Below are positions 63,231 through 64,000 of a stretch of 64,000 nucleotides of DNA, in pieces; the stretch's first letter is position 1; each line of letters begins with the position of its first letter. This DNA is from Octopus sinensis. Lineage: Eukaryota. The notes under the pieces are model-generated. The model was given only the letters and a program-made list of their open reading frames with translations. It was not told the DNA's origin and ran no database searches. The position numbers were made by a program, and so were the translations under genes. The stretch is taken from contig NC_042997.1 of NCBI RefSeq assembly GCF_006345805.1, positions 129,580,001-129,644,000 of the forward strand, read 5' to 3'.

Positions 63231-63392
63231 GTATTTTTTTGAAATAGCACTCAATATTATACAAACATATACAACACGTTTATATTTAATGTATTATTTG
63301 TCTTCTTTACTTTAAATTGCTAAGTATTTTTCTCAATAAACATTTATTTTCAATGAATTACTGTAACCAATTTTTTCTTTCTGATTTTTTAG

Positions 63393-63434
63393 ACAGGAAA
63401 GCTGATTCTTTTAAAACCAAGACCTTCAATATGA
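63393..63434 (+). CDS. CNEP1R1: CNEP1R1 last coding exon (TGKLILLKPRPSI*)
   Basis: TTTTTTAG acceptor. Matches the family C-terminus TGKLILKPRP. TGA at 63432-63434. Confidence 0.95.
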   Translation, partial: TGKLILLKPRPSI

Positions 63435-63808
63435 CACATGGAGATTTAGAAAATTTTAAACTTTTGATGGCCAATTTCATTGTTACTGGATTTTTTATTC
63501 TGAAATCCTGAATGATTTTGTCATAATATATTTTTATATATACATACACACACATACATACATATCACACACACACACACGTGTAATATACATACACACA
63601 CACACATGTAATATACACTTACATACATATATACACAAGTGTATTTATATATATATGTGTGTTATACACAACATGGTTAAATGCTGTATTCTTTTGTATA
63701 AAACCCCAGAGTGCATAATATACACTCACAAAATGTTAAGAGTATGTAGGTATGTATGTATGCATGCATGAATGTAGGTATGTATGCATGTACGCATGTA
63801 TGAATGCT

Positions 63809-63839
<31 letters not shown>

Positions 63840-63844
<5 letters not shown>

Positions 63845-64000
63845 TGTGTGTGTGTATATACATATTGTTTATGCATGTGTGTGTGTATATACATATTGTT
63901 TATGCATGTGTGTGTGTATATACATATTGTTTATGCATGTGTGTGTGTATATACATATTGTTTATGCATGTGTGTGTGTATATACATATTGTTTATGCAT
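63840..64000. repeat. Perfect 31-bp minisatellite (at least 5 copies, runs off the window)
   Basis: ATGCATGTGTGTGTGTATATACATATTGTTT, with TGCATG at 63841, 63872, 63903, 63934 and 63965. Confidence 0.95.

Overview
AT-rich, repeat-dense eukaryotic DNA. The repeat families and microsatellites point to an octopus/coleoid cephalopod; this is inferred from the sequence, not from a search. The one host gene I can support is a + strand CNEP1R1 (NEP1-R1/TMEM188, Spo7-like regulatory subunit of the CTDNEP1 lipin phosphatase). It has 5 coding exons (12364-12385, 55219-55290, 57877-58060, 60984-61038, 63393-63434; 124 aa), a ~43 kb first intron and a GT-AG U12-type minor intron (58061-60983). Beyond the core gene I see two further candidate phase-compatible first coding exons (11267-11336, 44000-44078), a candidate frame-preserving 24-nt UGC-type microexon (30602-30625) and a bidirectional-promoter signature near 12240-12270. 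Most of the rest is transposon debris. It includes many RTE-clade LINE copies whose RT carries a PHD-like finger and whose 3' UTR carries a variable repeat-spacer hairpin array. It also includes mariner, Tigger, piggyBac-type and hAT MITEs, non-autonomous Helitrons, CR1-like and R4-like LINE relics, SINEs, hammerhead-like motifs and several long foldback hairpins inside the CNEP1R1 pre-mRNA. Repeat boundaries were set by eye and are approximate.
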